IMG/VR virus record: IMGVR_UViG_2651869781_000013
DNA: 36,125 nt
DNA from: a virus
Lineage: Duplodnaviria > Heunggongvirae > Uroviricota > Caudoviricetes
Reading direction: 5' to 3' (one strand)
Shown here: piece after piece, positions 19,363 to 28,202 of the stretch
Position numbering within the stretch: the first letter of the stretch is position 1
How the letters are laid out: every line of letters starts with the position of its first letter
Program-made: the position numbers and the translations under genes
Notes under the pieces: model-generated
What the model was told of the DNA's origin: nothing
Databases searched by the model: none
What the model saw: the letters and a program-made list of their open reading frames with translations, nothing else

Positions 19363-20013
19363 TCAGCGGCTGTCATTGCGCAGTCTGCGCTCCAGCTGCT
19401 GTTTGTCTTTTTTCACGCCACAGCGAGGATCGAGCTGTAACGCATGGTTGAGATGATTAAGGGCGGAAGCCGGGTTGCTTTCACTCAGGACAGCGCCAAT
19501 CGCTTTATGCAGACGCGCCCGTGACTGGTCCGGCATATCCAGATCGTCTGTCAGCTCCAGCGTCTGCAGCAACAGATCGGCATCAAAGCCGGTGGCGGCA
19601 AGCATTGCGCTCTGCGCCGCGTCTGCCATTTCCTCTGCCAGCACGGTCTGCACGTTGCGGTTACCCAGCGGCATCACCCAGCCATGACGCAGGGCATGAC
19701 GCCCGATCTCCAGCGCCCCTGCATAATCTCCGGCATCAATGCGCCACAGCATCACGTACATCAGCACGTCATCCTGTTGAGCGCCTCCGGCAGCCAGAAC
19801 GCCCTCCGCCCAGGCGGCATATTTCGGCAGCAGCTCCACCTTGATTTCCGCTTTTTTGACCGTGGACTGAACGCCCTTGAGACGGCGGCGGTCTTCCGCC
19901 AGTTGCAGCAGCATCAGGTCATAGCCCGACGCGTGGCGAACACTGCCACCCTCGCGAGCGGCCTGTTCAGCCTGAACGCGCAGGCGATGCTGCCGTGCGG
20001 GACTCAGGCTCAT
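19363..20013 (-). CDS. M: terminase small/endonuclease subunit gpM
   Basis: 216 aa, ATG; follows N as in P2. Confidence 0.8.
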   Translation of the reverse strand: MSLSPARQHRLRVQAEQAAREGGSVRHASGYDLMLLQLAEDRRRLKGVQSTVKKAEIKVELLPKYAAWAEGVLAAGGAQQDDVLMYVMLWRIDAGDYAGALEIGRHALRHGWVMPLGNRNVQTVLAEEMADAAQSAMLAATGFDADLLLQTLELTDDLDMPDQSRARLHKAIGAVLSESNPASALNHLNHALQLDPRCGVKKDKQQLERRLRNDSR

Positions 20014-20016
20014 GAA

Positions 20017-21075
20017 TTACGCTCCGGTTTCTGCTGCGGCGGCGCTGAAGTCACCAATCTGGATGTTTTCCACCAGTGCAGCGCAGCGATAGTCCTCAAC
20101 CACATAGGCTTCGTTAACGGATTCAAAATTTTCAATCCGGTCACGTTTCGGGTTGTCGATAACTGAACGGCGGCGGGTATCTTCCTGCCAGTAGATGGAC
20201 AGGTTATCCAGACGGGTGATCAGCAGCGCATTCGGCGGGAAGAACGGCGCACGCACCGCCTGCAGGCCACCCATGCGTTTCTGACTGATGATCATATCGG
20301 CAGCCAGTTTTTCACTGTTTTCCTGCTCTTTGTTGACCAGCGGGAAATACTTGTCAGACAGCAGTTCACGACCGCAAATCACCACCAGATCGTCATCGTC
20401 CTGGTAGACCACATCGATAAGCTCATTGACGGCATCCATCACTACGGCGTCCAGGTTGGCATATTCGCCACCTTTCCCGACTTTCACCGCGCCCGGTGTG
20501 GTTTCACCGCCCGTGGTGGTGCTGCCCATGACGTGATCCGGTGCATCCTCACGGATTTTCTGCAGCCAGCCTTTGTTCACATCCTGCAGCAGCGGGTTTT
20601 CGCTACGGTTGGAGGTTTTCGCACGCTTCACGCCGTTAAAGCCGATCATGATGCGGTCCAGTGCCTGACGTTTCACGATGGCATCACGGATGCGCACCTG
20701 GAAATCCTGAAACTTCGCCCACAGGTCCAGCTTCGCGTAGGTCAGTACCGTGTCAAAGTTGGTCTGCTCGCATTTATATTCCACATCGACCATCAGCGTC
20801 GGATCGACAGGCTCACGCTCTTTTGCGGTGGTATCAGTGGTTCCGGCAATGGTGCTGCCAACACCCAGCCCCAGCAACTGACCAGACTGCTCAGTCACTG
20901 GCGTGACGTTAATCAGCGTCAGGAATGCGGCGGATTGCTGGATCTGGTCTTCCAGCGTCTGCTGCACGGACGGCTCCACAGTGAACTTGCTGGACAGTTC
21001 TTCAACTGCCACACCGTTCAGACGCGCCAGCTGCTGCAGGTAAGCGTTAAAAGCAAAGCGGGTATTCTTCTTCAT
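20017..21075 (-). CDS. N: major capsid protein gpN
   Basis: 352 aa; recalled similarity to P2 gpN. Confidence 0.9.
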   Translation of the reverse strand: MKKNTRFAFNAYLQQLARLNGVAVEELSSKFTVEPSVQQTLEDQIQQSAAFLTLINVTPVTEQSGQLLGLGVGSTIAGTTDTTAKEREPVDPTLMVDVEYKCEQTNFDTVLTYAKLDLWAKFQDFQVRIRDAIVKRQALDRIMIGFNGVKRAKTSNRSENPLLQDVNKGWLQKIREDAPDHVMGSTTTGGETTPGAVKVGKGGEYANLDAVVMDAVNELIDVVYQDDDDLVVICGRELLSDKYFPLVNKEQENSEKLAADMIISQKRMGGLQAVRAPFFPPNALLITRLDNLSIYWQEDTRRRSVIDNPKRDRIENFESVNEAYVVEDYRCAALVENIQIGDFSAAAAETGA

Positions 21076-21091
21076 CAGGTTTTGTGCTCCA

Positions 21092-21925
21092 TCAGCAATT
21101 TGTCAGAGTGTCAGCGGGGGCATTACCGCCTGTTGCACGCTGGCGGTAATCCTGGCGGCTGTCTTCATGGCTCAGCTTGTCCACCAGTTCATTAAAGGTG
21201 GTCAGCTGTGCCTGCAGGGCTGTCTCCAGCTCAGACAGGCGTTCTTCCTGTTCAGACAGGGATTTTTCGGTGCGCGCACTCAGGTTTTGCTGCTCAGTGG
21301 CGACCAGCTCTACGGCCTTATGCACATCAGAGAACCGGGCATCATCGGACTGCTCTTTTTTGGTGAACAGCGCCGTGACACGGGCAAACAGGGATGGTTT
21401 TTCGTCCTGGACTTCTTCCAGTTCGATCACCGTTTCCTCTGCAGCGGTAAAGAGATTGGCGGGGTTCTGCTTGCGGTTTGCCAGCGGGTTATGGGCTGCA
21501 CTGGCGCTGAATGTCAGCATTTCAGTGCCCAGACTGGCAGGGTCATCAGTGGCAGCCAGCCCGACCAGGTAGGCTTTGCCCGTATCAGCAAACTTTGGGC
21601 AGACTTCCATAGAGGTGAATAATTTCTGGCCTTTTTTCACCAGCTCCACCAGGGACTCTGTTGGCTCAACGTCGGCATACAGCGCCATCTTGCCTGCCAG
21701 CGGACCTTCCGTGATTTCTTCAGCAAACAGCGCCGTCACCTTGCCGTAGCGGTTAAAGGTGCTGTCCGGCAGATAAGACTTGATGTGCTCAAGGTTAATC
21801 AGCGCGGTATACACCGCCGGGTTGTAGCTGGCTGCCATCTGTTCCAGCCATTCACGCTGGATTTCGCGTCCGTCGGTGGTGGCACCTTCCACCCCGATGC
21901 GAAAACGCTTTGCTTTCACTGTCAT
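21092..21925 (-). CDS. O: capsid scaffolding protein gpO
   Basis: 277 aa, ATG with RBS GGAG; divergent from P. Confidence 0.85.
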   Translation of the reverse strand: MTVKAKRFRIGVEGATTDGREIQREWLEQMAASYNPAVYTALINLEHIKSYLPDSTFNRYGKVTALFAEEITEGPLAGKMALYADVEPTESLVELVKKGQKLFTSMEVCPKFADTGKAYLVGLAATDDPASLGTEMLTFSASAAHNPLANRKQNPANLFTAAEETVIELEEVQDEKPSLFARVTALFTKKEQSDDARFSDVHKAVELVATEQQNLSARTEKSLSEQEERLSELETALQAQLTTFNELVDKLSHEDSRQDYRQRATGGNAPADTLTNC

Positions 21926-22003
21926 GAGCCGTGCTCCGTTAGAAAAAACTTACTGGAGCCTTATGGTTGCGGTGATGGGGGCAGTGAAACAATGCGCGGT
22001 ATT

Positions 22004-22021
22004 TGTACCGACAACCACACA
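22004..22021. promoter_or_regulatory. Ogr-type activator dyad in the divergent O/P late promoter region
   Basis: TGTACCGACAACCACACA (TGT-N12-ACA); centre about 87 bp upstream of the O ATG. Confidence 0.55.
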
Positions 22022-22067
22022 AACCGCAGGCGGGGAAAGCCTTCATTCAAGGCTGTAGGTTTGTGCC

Positions 22068-23834
22068 ATGAACACCACACTGACACCCGCAGATCTCGAT
22101 CCCCGTCGGCAGGCCATGCTGCTGTACTTTCAGGGATACCGCGTCGCCCGCATTGCTGAAATGCTGGGAGAGAAAGTTGCAACCGTTCACAGCTGGAAAA
22201 AACGCGACAAGTGGGGTGACTATGGGCCGCTGGATCAGATGCAGCTCACCACCGCCGCACGCTACTGCCAGCTCATTATGAAGGAGCACAAAGAAGGGAA
22301 AGATTTCAAAGAGATTGACCTGCTGGCGCGCCAGTCTGAACGCCACGCGCGGATCGGCAAGTTTAACAATGGCGGCAACGAAGCCGACTTAAACCCTAAC
22401 GTCGCCAACCGTAACAAAGGCCCGCGCCGTCAGCCGGAAAAGAACGTTTTCACCGATGAACAGATTGAGAAGCTGGAAGAAATCTTCCATTCCTCCATGT
22501 TCAACTACCAGCGCCACTGGTGGGAAGCCGGAAAAACCAACCGCATCCGCAACCTGCTGAAGTCACGCCAGATCGGCGCGACCTTCTATTTTGCCCGTGA
22601 AGCCCTGATTGACGCCCTGCTAACCGGGCGTAACCAGATTTTCCTTTCCGCCAGCAAGGCTCAGGCCCACGTCTTTAAGCAGTACATCATCGACTTCGCC
22701 AAAGAAGTGGAGGTGGAGCTGAAAGGCGATCCGATGGTGCTTCCTAACGGGTCCACGCTTTACTTCCTCGGCACCAATGCCCGCACTGCCCAGAGTTATC
22801 ACGGCAACCTGTATCTGGATGAATATTTCTGGATACCGAAATTCCAGGAGCTGCGCAAAGTGGCTTCCGGTATGGCTATTCACAAGAAATGGCGACAAAC
22901 CTATTTTTCCACGCCATCCAGCCTGACTCATAGTGCTTATCCGTTCTGGTCCGGTGCGCTGTTCAACCGTGGGCGCAACAAAGCCGATAAGGTGGACATC
23001 GACCTGTCCCACAGCAATCTTGCCCCCGGCCAGCTGTGCGCCGACGGGCAATACCGCCAGATAGTCACCGTGGAAGATGCGGTGCGCAGCGGCTGTAACC
23101 TGTTCGACCTTGACCAGTTGCGCATGGAGTACAGCCCGGACGAATACCAGAACCTGCTAATGTGCGAGTTTGTTGACGATCTCGCGTCCGTGTTTCCGCT
23201 CAGCGAGCTGCAGGCGTGCATGGTGGACAGTTGGGAAGTCTGGACCGACTTTCATGCTCTGGCCCTGCGCCCATTTGGCTGGCGCGAAGTGTGGATCGGT
23301 TATGACCCGGCAAAAGGTACGCAGAACGGCGACAGCGCCGGATGCGTGGTGGTGGCACCGCCAGCCGTGCCAGGCGGTAAGTTTCGCATTCTTGAGCGTC
23401 ACCAGTGGCGCGGGATGGACTTCCGTGCCCAGGCGGACGCAATCAAAAAACTGACCGAGCAGTACAACGTGACCTACATCGGCATCGACTCAACCGGCGT
23501 TGGTCACGGGGTTTACGAGAACGTGAAAGCGTTCTTTCCTGCCGTCCGGGAGTTTGTCTACAACCCCAACGTTAAAAACGCCCTGGTACTCAAGGCCTAC
23601 GACATTATCAGCCACCGCCGTCTGGAGTTTGACGCCGGACACACCGACATAGCGCAGTCATTCATGGCAATCCGTCGCTCCACCACCGCCAGTGGCAACC
23701 GCCCGACCTATGAAGCCAGCCGCAGCGAAGAAGCCAGCCACGCCGATCTGGCATGGGCAACGATGCACGCACTGTTTAACGAACCGCTGCAGGGCGAATC
23801 CGCCAATACCAGCAATATTGTGGAGATTTTTTGA
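22068..23834 (+). CDS. P: terminase large (ATPase) subunit gpP
   Basis: 588 aa; recalled similarity to P2 gpP. Confidence 0.9.
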   Translation: MNTTLTPADLDPRRQAMLLYFQGYRVARIAEMLGEKVATVHSWKKRDKWGDYGPLDQMQLTTAARYCQLIMKEHKEGKDFKEIDLLARQSERHARIGKFNNGGNEADLNPNVANRNKGPRRQPEKNVFTDEQIEKLEEIFHSSMFNYQRHWWEAGKTNRIRNLLKSRQIGATFYFAREALIDALLTGRNQIFLSASKAQAHVFKQYIIDFAKEVEVELKGDPMVLPNGSTLYFLGTNARTAQSYHGNLYLDEYFWIPKFQELRKVASGMAIHKKWRQTYFSTPSSLTHSAYPFWSGALFNRGRNKADKVDIDLSHSNLAPGQLCADGQYRQIVTVEDAVRSGCNLFDLDQLRMEYSPDEYQNLLMCEFVDDLASVFPLSELQACMVDSWEVWTDFHALALRPFGWREVWIGYDPAKGTQNGDSAGCVVVAPPAVPGGKFRILERHQWRGMDFRAQADAIKKLTEQYNVTYIGIDSTGVGHGVYENVKAFFPAVREFVYNPNVKNALVLKAYDIISHRRLEFDAGHTDIAQSFMAIRRSTTASGNRPTYEASRSEEASHADLAWATMHALFNEPLQGESANTSNIVEIF

Positions 23835-24868
23835 TGGGAAAGAGTAAGAAAAACCGCGCAGCGGCGATGAATCAGATCCAGCATAAAAGCCAGACTTCAG
23901 CCGAAGCATTCAGCTTCGGCGATCCCGTTCCTGTTCTGGACCGTCGCGAACTGCTGGACTATGTGGAATGCGTACAGATGGACCGCTGGTATGAGCCGCC
24001 TGTGAGTTTCGACGGCCTGGCGCGAACATTCCGCGCCGCCGTACACCACAGTTCACCGATTGCAGTAAAGTGCAACATTCTGACCAGCACCTATATCCCT
24101 CACCCGCTGCTCAGCCAGCAGGCTTTTTCACGTTTTGTGCAGGACTATCTGGTATTTGGTAACGCCTACCTGGAGAAACGCACGAACCGCTTCGGTGAAG
24201 TTATCGCCCTTGAACCTGCGCTGGCAAAATACACCCGACGCGGGTTAGATCTGGATACCTACTGGTTTGTGCAATACGGCATGACTACGCAGCCGTATCA
24301 TTTCACGAAAGGCAGCATCTTTCATCTGATGGAACCGGATATCAACCAAGAGATCTACGGCCTGCCCGGTTATCTTTCTGCCATTCCGTCAGCCCTGCTC
24401 AACGAGTCCGCCACGTTGTTCCGCCGTAAGTATTACATCAACGGCAGCCATGCAGGCTTCATCATGTACATGACCGATGCCGCGCAGAATCAGGAGGATG
24501 TGAACAACCTCCGCAACGCGATGAAAAGCGCCAAAGGTCCAGGCAACTTCCGCAACCTGTTTATGTACTCACCTAACGGCAAAAAAGACGGGCTTCAGAT
24601 CATCCCATTGTCAGAAGTCGCGGCGAAGGATGAATTTCTTAACATCAAGAACGTGAGTCGGGATGACATGATGGCAGCGCACCGCGTACCGCCGCAAATG
24701 ATGGGGATTATGCCGAATAATGTTGGGGGGTTTGGGGATGTCGAAAAGGCGAGTCATGTATTTGTTCGTAACGAGTTAATTCCATTACAAAAAAGGCTAA
24801 TTGAATTAAATGAATGGCTTAATGACGAAATTATTCGTTTTGACGAATATAAATTAGGCAATACTTGA
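23834..24868 (+). CDS. Q: portal protein gpQ
   Basis: 344 aa from ATG 23834 overlapping the P stop, RBS GGAG; ORF-track start at 23831 is TTG. Confidence 0.85.
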   Translation: MGKSKKNRAAAMNQIQHKSQTSAEAFSFGDPVPVLDRRELLDYVECVQMDRWYEPPVSFDGLARTFRAAVHHSSPIAVKCNILTSTYIPHPLLSQQAFSRFVQDYLVFGNAYLEKRTNRFGEVIALEPALAKYTRRGLDLDTYWFVQYGMTTQPYHFTKGSIFHLMEPDINQEIYGLPGYLSAIPSALLNESATLFRRKYYINGSHAGFIMYMTDAAQNQEDVNNLRNAMKSAKGPGNFRNLFMYSPNGKKDGLQIIPLSEVAAKDEFLNIKNVSRDDMMAAHRVPPQMMGIMPNNVGGFGDVEKASHVFVRNELIPLQKRLIELNEWLNDEIIRFDEYKLGNT

Positions 24869-24877
24869 TTAAAGCCT

Positions 24878-24911
24878 GTTTAAACTGGCTGTCGGAACAG
24901 CCAGTTTAAAC
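24878..24911. terminator. palindrome, probable bidirectional terminator between Q and the cargo operon
   Basis: Perfect 14-bp arms GTTTAAACTGGCTG / CAGCCAGTTTAAAC around a 6-nt loop; overlaps the stop codon of ORF 24906..25754. Confidence 0.5.
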
Positions 24912-25754
24912 ACCGGCACCAATGAAATCGCCATATGAATCTTCTTCAAGGCTGATGTATTCTACCCTCCATTGATCCATCCGCCTCAATGCATACAGGG
25001 AGAAATGAGTATCAGCAACAGCTATGCACGTATTCAATTCTATAAGTTCTGAATGCCCCAAGGTTGGATCACCATAAAACTTATAAAACAAAGCCTTTAG
25101 ATCAGAACATGTTTGTTCAGCCGCTCTTCTGGCATCGGGGCCACCTTCAGTTGCATCATAAACAACATTGATAGAAAGCTCATATGGTATGCCTTCCTCA
25201 AGATCGTTAAATCTTTCTTCGCCCAAATCGAAAAAAACTCCGATCAAATGCTCTGCGTTTGTGGCGATAATATCCGCAACTTCTTTTTCGAAAATAAACT
25301 TTTTATCCTCGTCGTAAGCCCGCAAGCGCTCTTCAAACGAGTTAGGAAACGCTGGACGACCATACTTAGCAGCTAACCATTGCTTAAGAGCTTGTTTCTC
25401 TTCTGTGCTAATGGAGAATGCTGGATCGTTTTCCTCACAACAGAAAGCTTCTTTAGGAAAGATGACTTTCCTTTCATGCCGGAGCTCTACTGCATTCTTC
25501 TTCGCACTTTCTGGGTTTTCAAAACATAGATCGAGTATTCTCGGATGCTTAGCTCTTTTCATCCTGCTTGACCCCTTTTTCAAGGGGCCAAACATCAGTT
25601 CCACGTTTTTTTCTGAATTACTCTGTAAATCACAATCATGCGTTATAACTACAACTTTATGGTTCGTTTCATCAGGCTGCAGAATTCCAAGTGAAACGGC
25701 ATCATCATGTTTAAGTACATGCCCCTGACGCCATGATGTTCCTCGTACCAACAT
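24906..25754 (-). CDS. cargo operon gene 3, hypothetical protein
   Basis: 282 aa, ATG 9 nt after the gene 2 stop; AT-rich; no Walker A, HEXXH or other motif recognised. Confidence 0.55.
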   Translation of the reverse strand: MLVRGTSWRQGHVLKHDDAVSLGILQPDETNHKVVVITHDCDLQSNSEKNVELMFGPLKKGSSRMKRAKHPRILDLCFENPESAKKNAVELRHERKVIFPKEAFCCEENDPAFSISTEEKQALKQWLAAKYGRPAFPNSFEERLRAYDEDKKFIFEKEVADIIATNAEHLIGVFFDLGEERFNDLEEGIPYELSINVVYDATEGGPDARRAAEQTCSDLKALFYKFYGDPTLGHSELIELNTCIAVADTHFSLYALRRMDQWRVEYISLEEDSYGDFIGAGV

Positions 25755-25763
25755 AAATGTGAT

Positions 25764-26426
25764 TTATTCCTCTACCGTTCCAGGAATTGAAATAGATGAC
25801 TTCCAATCATCTGTCGGTTTCGCCTTGCTTGCTAAGTAATTGGCCGATTCAGCAGCAGCATTCATCGCTTTAGCTTCATCAATCAATACCTGAACTGCCC
25901 TATTCCAATCCTCACCTTCTTTTACTACGTCCATTAATGACTTACCATTAAATGCTTTCATTTTCACCAATAGCTTCGCATCATGGAGTCCAGCTTTGGA
26001 AAAAGAGTCAGCGACATTACTAAGGTTGATAATGAATTGCACTTTTGAAGCATCATCAGGCTGGTTCTCCCCTGACAACCATTTATAGAGAGCCTGCCGA
26101 GTTATCCCCAAATCCTTTGCCAGTTCTGACATTGATGGAGACAGCACTTCTCGAATATTAGCTAAATGTTGGGCAACATTCCTGACATCAACCTCAGGAG
26201 AAATTGCAGGCGTGTACGTTGATTCTATGGAATCAAATGCAAACTGAACCCTTGGCTGAACATACTGACGCCATTGCTTATAAGCATTTACAGGGTATGA
26301 AGCCCCCGTACCAACTAATAGTAAAGATGCGGCGACAGCAACAACACCTGATACACATGAGCTTGACTGCAAATTTGGAGAATATCGATCTACAGAGCCT
26401 ATGCTTCCGGTGGGAATTGCATACAT
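25764..26426 (-). CDS. cargo operon gene 2, HTH (XRE-type) protein with N-terminal hydrophobic segment
   Basis: 220 aa from ATG 26426 with RBS GGAGGT, 20 nt after the gene 1 stop; HTH SMSELAKDLGITRQALYKWLSGE; hydrophobic stretch VSGVVAVAASLLLVGTGA. Confidence 0.6.
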   Translation of the reverse strand: MYAIPTGSIGSVDRYSPNLQSSSCVSGVVAVAASLLLVGTGASYPVNAYKQWRQYVQPRVQFAFDSIESTYTPAISPEVDVRNVAQHLANIREVLSPSMSELAKDLGITRQALYKWLSGENQPDDASKVQFIINLSNVADSFSKAGLHDAKLLVKMKAFNGKSLMDVVKEGEDWNRAVQVLIDEAKAMNAAAESANYLASKAKPTDDWKSSISIPGTVEE

Positions 26427-26445
26427 TTTAGTCACCTCCGTTGTT

Positions 26446-27255
26446 TCAGTGCCATTTAGTACGGGCAAAATCTGAAACCATGCCTTCAAATGCTTCTTTA
26501 ACTTTACTATGCAACGAAAGAATCTGTTTTTCAATTAACTGCAAATCAGTTGACATGTTGCCTTCAACATAATGATCTGTATCAATTATTGCGTGCATAC
26601 GATGCTCTGTGTTACTAAATCTCGGCAACGGCAGTAAACCATTAGGAATCATATCTGGCGGAAAACCTAGCTGACCATTCATCTTATGTATTCGTGAAAC
26701 CATAAATCCATTAGGGATCAATGGCTCAACACGTGTCTGATATACGGACTCTTGTATAGACTGTATTGGCGTCCATCCGAAATCAACACCATGAAGTTCC
26801 TTTACAAGATACTGCTCAATTGTTTCGCTTTTCTCAGGAAACACAGCATCCAAATATCGAAGCCCAATCCGACTTAACAGCGATGGCTTAGCAAATTCTA
26901 GAACTTTGCTCAGACCAAGTATCAATGACGAGATGAAAGATACATGGTTATCATAATATGTTGTATGGAACGTAATGAAATCGTTGCCTAAAACAAAACC
27001 AGATCTTCTATCTGCATCAATCATCAACCAACTTGTCACAGGCTCAAATGAATGTACCGGTGGCTCATTGGGGTTTTTTATTTCAAATTTCAACTGAGTT
27101 GTATTGGAAACCTCAAATAAAGGAAATCCCTCAACTCTTAGCGCATCTTGTATGTCTGGAACATACTTACTCATTGCAGCTATTGGAGTAAACTTTACCT
27201 GTACCAATGCATAGTAAACGGGCGCATTGGACATACGTTCGCTGTTAGTACTCAT
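26446..27255 (-). CDS. cargo operon gene 1, hypothetical protein (possibly TIGR04255-like, unverified)
   Basis: 269 aa, ATG with strong RBS AGGAGG; AT-rich; N-terminus MSNAPVYYALVQVKF resembles a recalled family signature; no catalytic motif recognised. Confidence 0.6.
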   Translation of the reverse strand: MSTNSERMSNAPVYYALVQVKFTPIAAMSKYVPDIQDALRVEGFPLFEVSNTTQLKFEIKNPNEPPVHSFEPVTSWLMIDADRRSGFVLGNDFITFHTTYYDNHVSFISSLILGLSKVLEFAKPSLLSRIGLRYLDAVFPEKSETIEQYLVKELHGVDFGWTPIQSIQESVYQTRVEPLIPNGFMVSRIHKMNGQLGFPPDMIPNGLLPLPRFSNTEHRMHAIIDTDHYVEGNMSTDLQLIEKQILSLHSKVKEAFEGMVSDFARTKWH

Positions 27256-27395
27256 GCCGCCCTCCTTGAAATTGTTTCATCTCATATCTCTTTATCTTAC
27301 TAACTGTAGTTTACACATAGGTTGACACTTTCTCCATCATTAAGTTCACTATGACATCAATAGCCAAAACTCTTACGTAATCGCTTCGGCGCGCG

Positions 27396-27414
27396 CTCGT
27401 ATCCCCGCCACGCC
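27396..27414. other. probable cos site (cohesive end)
   Basis: Minus strand reads GGCGTGGCGGGGATACGAG; first 13 nt match my recollection of the 186/P2 19-nt cohesive ends; GC-rich block in a 360-bp non-coding interval. Confidence 0.45.
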
Positions 27415-27617
27415 TGCCCGCTTTATGTAGTGGTTTTCATGCACCTGCATGATCTACGCAAAAGCCCGCCAGTTCTGGCAGGCCTTAGCAAAAACGATCC
27501 TCAAACGATCATGCGATCTCATGCGGCATAGACATGCACCACAGAGCTAACGCCTCGCACAGCTCGTTGTTCAACCTTGCTGACGCCAGAAGCAAGTTCA
27601 GACGCCAGCAACGTTTC

Positions 27618-27851
27618 TTAATGCAGCCAGCTGTCGTCTTCCCACACCTTCTGCATAATTTTCATCACTTGTTTTCTTTCTTCGTCCAGTTGAAGTCCGG
27701 TCAGTTCCACACCGTTAGAGCTACCTTTGCGGATACGAATTACCGTTTTGGGATACAGGGGGCGCAGATTGCGGTAAAGCTCGGATTCAAGGGCGTCCAG
27801 TGTAGACTGGCTAACCTTCTGCTCTTTATCGATCATTATTTCAATGCGCAT
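27618..27851 (-). CDS. DinI-family protein (Tum C-terminal-like)
   Basis: 77 aa from ATG 27851 (MRIEIMIDKEQKVSQSTLDALESEL...WEDDSWL) with RBS GAGGTG; resembles recalled DinI. Confidence 0.7.
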   Translation of the reverse strand: MRIEIMIDKEQKVSQSTLDALESELYRNLRPLYPKTVIRIRKGSSNGVELTGLQLDEERKQVMKIMQKVWEDDSWLH

Positions 27852-27861
27852 AAAAGTCACC

Positions 27862-28050
27862 TCAGCTGATGACATCCATTGAGCGGTTGTATTCGTGGGT
27901 TCTGATTTTTGCCATGAGTTCATCTGTCAGTTCAGAAACCCACTGCAGGGCCAGCCCCTTCTCTTCATCACTACACTCACTAGCCGCTACAAGCTTAAGA
28001 AAAAAATCAATGCGCTGGAGCTTCAAAGACTCCAAAAAATAGTCCTGCAT
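27862..28050 (-). CDS. small protein, possible Tum-like antirepressor N-terminal module
   Basis: 62 aa, strong RBS AGGAGG; first gene after a LexA-boxed promoter; assignment by position only. Confidence 0.45.
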   Translation of the reverse strand: MQDYFLESLKLQRIDFFLKLVAASECSDEEKGLALQWVSELTDELMAKIRTHEYNRSMDVIS

Positions 28051-28092
28051 CTTTCCTCCTATGACACCAAAGCAATACTGTATACATAACCA

Positions 28093-28108
28093 CTGTTTAT
28101 ATTTACAG
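28093..28108. promoter_or_regulatory. LexA box (SOS box) overlapping a sigma70-like promoter
   Basis: CTGTTTATATTTACAG (CTGT-N8-ACAG); on the minus strand flanked by TTTACA (-35-like) and TATACT (-10-like); half-site TACTGTATAC at about 28078-28087. Confidence 0.65.
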
Positions 28109-28202
28109 TATATAATAATCTTACTGATGTAAAACGTTTTTTTATGCTCATCAGCCTGATATGCCTGGTATTATTAAGAGCACGAATTGTTAACCCGCGT
28201 AA

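Noticed and set aside
20533-21195. 220-aa plus-strand ORF
   Set aside because: Antisense to major capsid gene N and the N/O junction.
22620-23051. 143-aa minus-strand ORF and other minus-strand ORFs inside P
   Set aside because: Embedded antisense within terminase gene P; no independent signals.
26427-26534. Upstream extension of cargo gene 2 to the first in-frame start at 26534
   Set aside because: It would overlap the 3' end of gene 1 by 89 nt; the ATG at 26426 has a good RBS and leaves a 20-nt spacer.
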